This document shows, piece by piece, positions 31,425 through 35,381 of a stretch of DNA of 35,381 nt. The stretch is taken from the NCBI GenBank assembly GCA_002269645.1, contig NIVC01003220.1:1-35381 (forward strand), written 5' to 3'. Under the pieces are notes generated by a model. It saw only the letters and a list, made by a program, of their open reading frames with translations, did no database searches and was not told the DNA's origin. Origin of the DNA: Macrostomum lignano (Eukaryota). Within the stretch, counting starts at the first letter, position 1, and each line of letters begins with the position of its first letter. Position numbers and translations under genes: made by a program.

Positions 31425-32003
31425 TTGCTCTGAGTGTGGAATGTCGGGTTGGAGTTGCATTTGGTCTAAGTGTGGAATGTCGGGTTGGAGCTGCATTTGC
31501 TCTGAGTGTGGAATGTCGGGTTGGAGTTGCATTTGGTCTAAGTGTGGAATGTCGGGTTGGAGCTGCATTTGCTCTGAATGTGGAATGTCGGGTTGGAGCT
31601 GCATTTGGTCTGAGTGTGGAATATCGGGTTGGAGCTGCATTTGGTCTGAGTGTGGAATGTCGGGTTGGAGCTGCATTTGGTCTGAGTGTGGAATGTCGGG
31701 TTGGAGCTGCATTTGGTCTGAGTGTGGAATGTCGGGTTGGAGCTGCATTTGGTCTGAGTGTGGAATGTCGGGTTGGAGCTGCATTTGGTCTGAGTGTGGA
31801 ATGTCGGGTTGGAGCTGCATTTGGTCTGAGTGTGGAATGTCGGGTTGGAGCTGCATTTGGTCTGAGTGTGGAATGTCGGGTTGGAGCTGCATTTGGTCTG
31901 AGTGTGGAATGTCGGGTTGGAGCTGCATTTGGTCTGAATGTGGAATGTCGGGTTGGAGCTGCATTTGGTCTGAATGTGGAATGTCGGGTTGGAGCTGCAT
32001 TTG
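31416..32003 (-). repeat. 36-bp minisatellite, about 16 copies, each containing the ATG of the FReD gene
   Basis: Minus-strand unit ATGCAGCTCCAACCCGACATTCCACACTCAGACCAA (MQLQPDIPHSDQ). Confidence 0.98.
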
Positions 32004-32899
32004 CGTCGGAAGATGGCAAGGAGGAGAGGAAAGAGCGAGGAGGCGGAGAGAGAGGGCGGAAGGAGAGGGAGCTGGGAGAGGGCAGATGTAGAGAGCGGAA
32101 TCTCAGCTCATTCCCCGCGCTCAACAAACTTACCAGTTAAGCTGAGTCTTCCGTGATTTCTCAGAGTTTCCAGAATTCAGTCCGCAGTCACTCTCTCAGA
32201 GGCGGTGGGGAGGCCTTGCAGCTGACTGCAGCTCACTGCATGCACAGCGGGGCTGCATTCGAAGGCTCTGCTGGGCCCGGCTTGGAGGCGGAGGCGCAGC
32301 TGATGGCGGCAGAGCCGCTGCAGTTGCTGCGGGCGGCCCACGGCCTCCCTGCCTGACTTTGCATGCGGGCTGCGGGAGCGCTGGCTGCGCCACCCAAGCC
32401 AGGGAGCGCTGGAGATGTGGAAGAGTGACGTCAAAGAGTGGGGCGCAGGCTGACCAGCTCAGGCTGGAGAAACGTTTAAGATATGCGGAGTCTCGGTGCT
32501 TTTCGAATAGAAACCAGCAATCTGCGACTTCTCCCCTGTTATTGAGGCAACAAAGAAAGGAATAAAACATTTTGAATTATCTACAAGTAGCTTTTCACAG
32601 AATTTCTTCAAAAAGATTATGTTAAAAGCAAGAAGCATCAGCCCTGAAAGCCAGCCATCTGGCGTCAGATGTCAGCATCTCCTGTGAGCTTTGGCATCAA
32701 AGCCTCCCTTTAGGGCTTGACTTAACCCTAAGTCTGCCTTTGATACCTGGCCAACAAAAAACTCCCAATTGACCTTTGAGATCTCAGCAGCCCCATACGA
32801 GCGTATGCCACAGAATTCCTCAGAGACAGACATCTCAGGAATGCATCAGAGTTGACCACATGTACTTCAGGCTGACTCGAAGCAGTAGCAGCGAATTCC

Positions 32900-33195
32900 A
32901 GTTCCAGCTACCACACGTACCATTGGACCGGACTGAGCCCTAATTGCAGCTGGTGCGACATTCGGCTGGCAATGAGGAACCACCGCGTTTTGGACTCCCC
33001 TTCCATTGCAGAGCCTCAGCAAGTTGGGCATTGCAACGTGACTTATGGAATTGTGAGCTGTTCCCTCGAATGGCTTTCCAGCAGCTAAAGAGTTTTCAAA
33101 GTGATATTGAATCCCAGCGACTCTACATGAGGTGCTCCGGAGTTTCCCGCAGCAGCTGAGCTGAGCGCCGATGAGGTGCGGCAGGCGATGTTATG
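32900..33195 (+). pseudogene. Degraded paralogous fragment of the LamG-like domain at 29150-29430
   Basis: SWCDIRLAMRN corresponds to AWCDIHLAMKN, and MRCSGVSR..LSADEVRQAM corresponds to ARCFGVARRQLSVDEVWQAM. The copy is frameshifted and contains stops. Confidence 0.7.
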
Positions 33196-34099
33196 CCCGA
33201 CACTTTATTGATACTTCATCATTGTGAGACAGACTCCAGACCATCGGAGGTCCTCTTCATGGGTTGATGGTGTGCGCAATAAACAACTACGAGTACCCCA
33301 AAAAAGTTTGACAAATTCTCATGCTGTACGCTGGTGCATGTACCTTAACGTTACTTCCTAAATGAGTCCTCGATTCAGCTACAAGGACCTCTTGGGCTGG
33401 ACACTGGTTTGAGTCGTTCAGAACATCGTAGAGAAAAAGGGGGTTGGCTATTTGACTTCTGATGAGGACGGCCTTTTACTTCTTCTTTCCTTCCCTCTCC
33501 CCATCTTCCCCATTCTTTCCTTCCCTATTCTATTCTCTCATCCAATCTCAGCCTTAGCTGGTTCACTGCTGCCAGCAGTCTCAGGCATTAACAGTACAGC
33601 AAGTTGTCAGGGTGTTTAGCAAGCTCTGAATCGACAATATCTCACCACATGGCCGACTCCAGACTCGCAGATGAAGCAAGTTTGTGTTGGTATTTGAGGA
33701 AAGAAAGTTGTGTTTACCGCAATGCTAAGAAGCTACTGTTGTGCGGAATCAGTTGAGAAAAGATCAGGATGACTCTGCTTATGAATTGACGAAGTCCCAG
33801 CGGAGAAGAAGGCACATGCCACAAAGCACATGATGTACATGCATTGGAGAATAAATCATCAAAAACAATTGATTATTATTAACTGATCAAATAATTTAAA
33901 TTTAAATACTGATAATCTAAAAATATTGAAAGCAATTCGACACCGTGAGAATTAGTTTAAAGAACAAAAATTTAGTAGCTCTGGACTCGATAATTTTTCG
34001 TATGCAGTCACTGATAAATTATACCGTTAATATCATTACCATTTATAATACCAATTCGATCGAAAAAGCGATTATAACAACGGCTTTATCGTGTGTGCA

Positions 34100-35100
34100 A
34101 AAGTAAACCATTTTTTTCATATTTTTGAAAGTGTACATGTGTAATTTGTTTAACTTGCTTTAACATACATAATTCAGGTGTCGAATTAGAAGGAGGAAAT
34201 CAGTCAGCTGTCCAGACTTGTTGGCAAGGGTAGGAGTTGCTTTTGTCTCAACCACCGCATCCCTCACACCGCGGCCTCACCAGAGGAAATATGTGCCTAT
34301 CTGCTACTTATGTTTACTAACACTAAAAATGTGTTATTTTTTTCCTTTTTCATCGCGATATTCTCATCATACTCATGTTGCACTACTGATGACAGTAGAA
34401 ATGAAACACGAGGATAGGATTTATGACTTATCAAGTACGAATACATGTAAATGAAAATTATACGTAGTACGAGATACACATGCAGGCTCTCATAAAGGTT
34501 TGCATGTGTGGGCGTGCTTTCCTTCGGCAGAAGGGGCGCATGCAAAGCTTAAAATCATGTTTCTTTTATTCACTTCGATTGTAAGTATTCTACTGATATT
34601 AAATATTGTTGTACCGATATGTACCGAAGACAACATATTAAAACTTGGATTGAGCCTTAAAGAGATAGACGGTAAATTATTTAAAAATTTGTGCAACGTG
34701 GCCGTGTGGCAAAAGTGGGTGTCAAATTAGCAATGAGGGGCTGCCAGTCCGGACAGTATGGACCGCCCGGAAGAAGGCAAAGGAAAAAGTCGATCAACAC
34801 CGGTTTCCCTCATGCCGCGGCCCACCTGGGGAAATTAAATGTCTATTCTGCTATTTATGTTGCAATTCTTCCCAAAAAAGGATTGCGAAATGTTTATTGC
34901 TTTTCATTTGAAACGTTCTCATCGTACGCTATAGCGCTACTGAGTTGTGAGTTGACAGTAGAAAGTTATGTTTTGGCGAACCATTTTAATAGCAATTTCG
35001 AGAAGCCTAGACATGCACTAATGATCGCTTTACTGAACTATTAAACAACCCAAATTAATAGACTCTACACGTGATTGCTGGCCGAACAGGCTGTTTTACT
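34100..35100. repeat. Third, more diverged copy of the ~1.1-kb AT-rich segment at 16497-17655 and 25402-26450
   Basis: Shared motifs include GGAGTTGCTTTTG..CTCAAC..CCCTCACACCGCGG, ATATTCTCATCATACTCATGTTGCACTACTGATGA, GTGTGGCAAAAGTGGGTGTCAAATTAGCAATGAGGG, GTGAGTTGACAGTAGAA and GGCCGAACAG. Confidence 0.85.
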
Positions 35101-35381
35101 TCAGCAAATCCTATGCTACTGCTACTGCTACTTCTGCTATTACCGCCCGGGGGCATCATCGCCCTGGATTTTACGGTGGGGTTTCTTAGTTTCAAAGCTA
35201 AGAATTCTACATTTACATGCACATGTACATCCCAATCTCTGCTCACGCGCGTATTACGTGTGTATTATATAGCTCGTACGTGCGCGGCAATCACGTGCGT
35301 AAGTCACACGTAATTGACGCACGTAGAACACACGTTGTTGTGTCACCTTTTAACGCGAATCTACGTGTGTAAGGATACGCC

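Noticed and set aside
31255-32140. Four long ORFs across the 36-bp array
   Set aside because: All are repeat-derived. Only the minus-strand MQLQ frame connects to real gene sequence and it is reported above.
33460-33485. CTGATGAGGACGG as a second hammerhead core
   Set aside because: No stem II complement or GAAA follows.

Overview
Eukaryotic (metazoan) genomic DNA with GT-AG introns, a dozen or more minisatellite arrays and decayed retroelements. No prokaryotic operon, rRNA or CRISPR array is present. The repeat density and gene content recall a flatworm such as Macrostomum, but that is recollection and was not checked. The genes are mostly innate-immunity-type. (1) A 5'-incomplete array of about 20 near-identical 99-bp ankyrin repeats lies directly upstream of a two-exon Mab-21/cGAS-like receptor (cGLR) nucleotidyltransferase with an apparently intact catalytic triad, and splice phases allow the two to be joined. 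(2) An intact intronless secreted PAN-like + C-type lectin gene, with an emptied paralogous copy of its locus upstream. (3) A disrupted CTLD-CTLD-LamG gene plus a second LamG remnant. (4) A disrupted PAN-like + truncated fibrinogen-domain gene whose start codon is amplified as a 36-bp minisatellite. Reading outside the ORF track also gave a minimal Penelope-type hammerhead ribozyme (17.8 kb, minus strand), a tRNA-headed CORE-type SINE (29.8 kb), an EGFR-like cytoplasmic-tail exon (12.8-13.2 kb, minus strand), a minisatellite captured at 2 copies versus about 36 copies in paralogous blocks, and a perfect 32-bp palindrome with flanking direct repeats. Many frameshifts are single-base indels, some in homopolymers, and could be long-read assembly errors. 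All gene models are hand-built and need RNA support.
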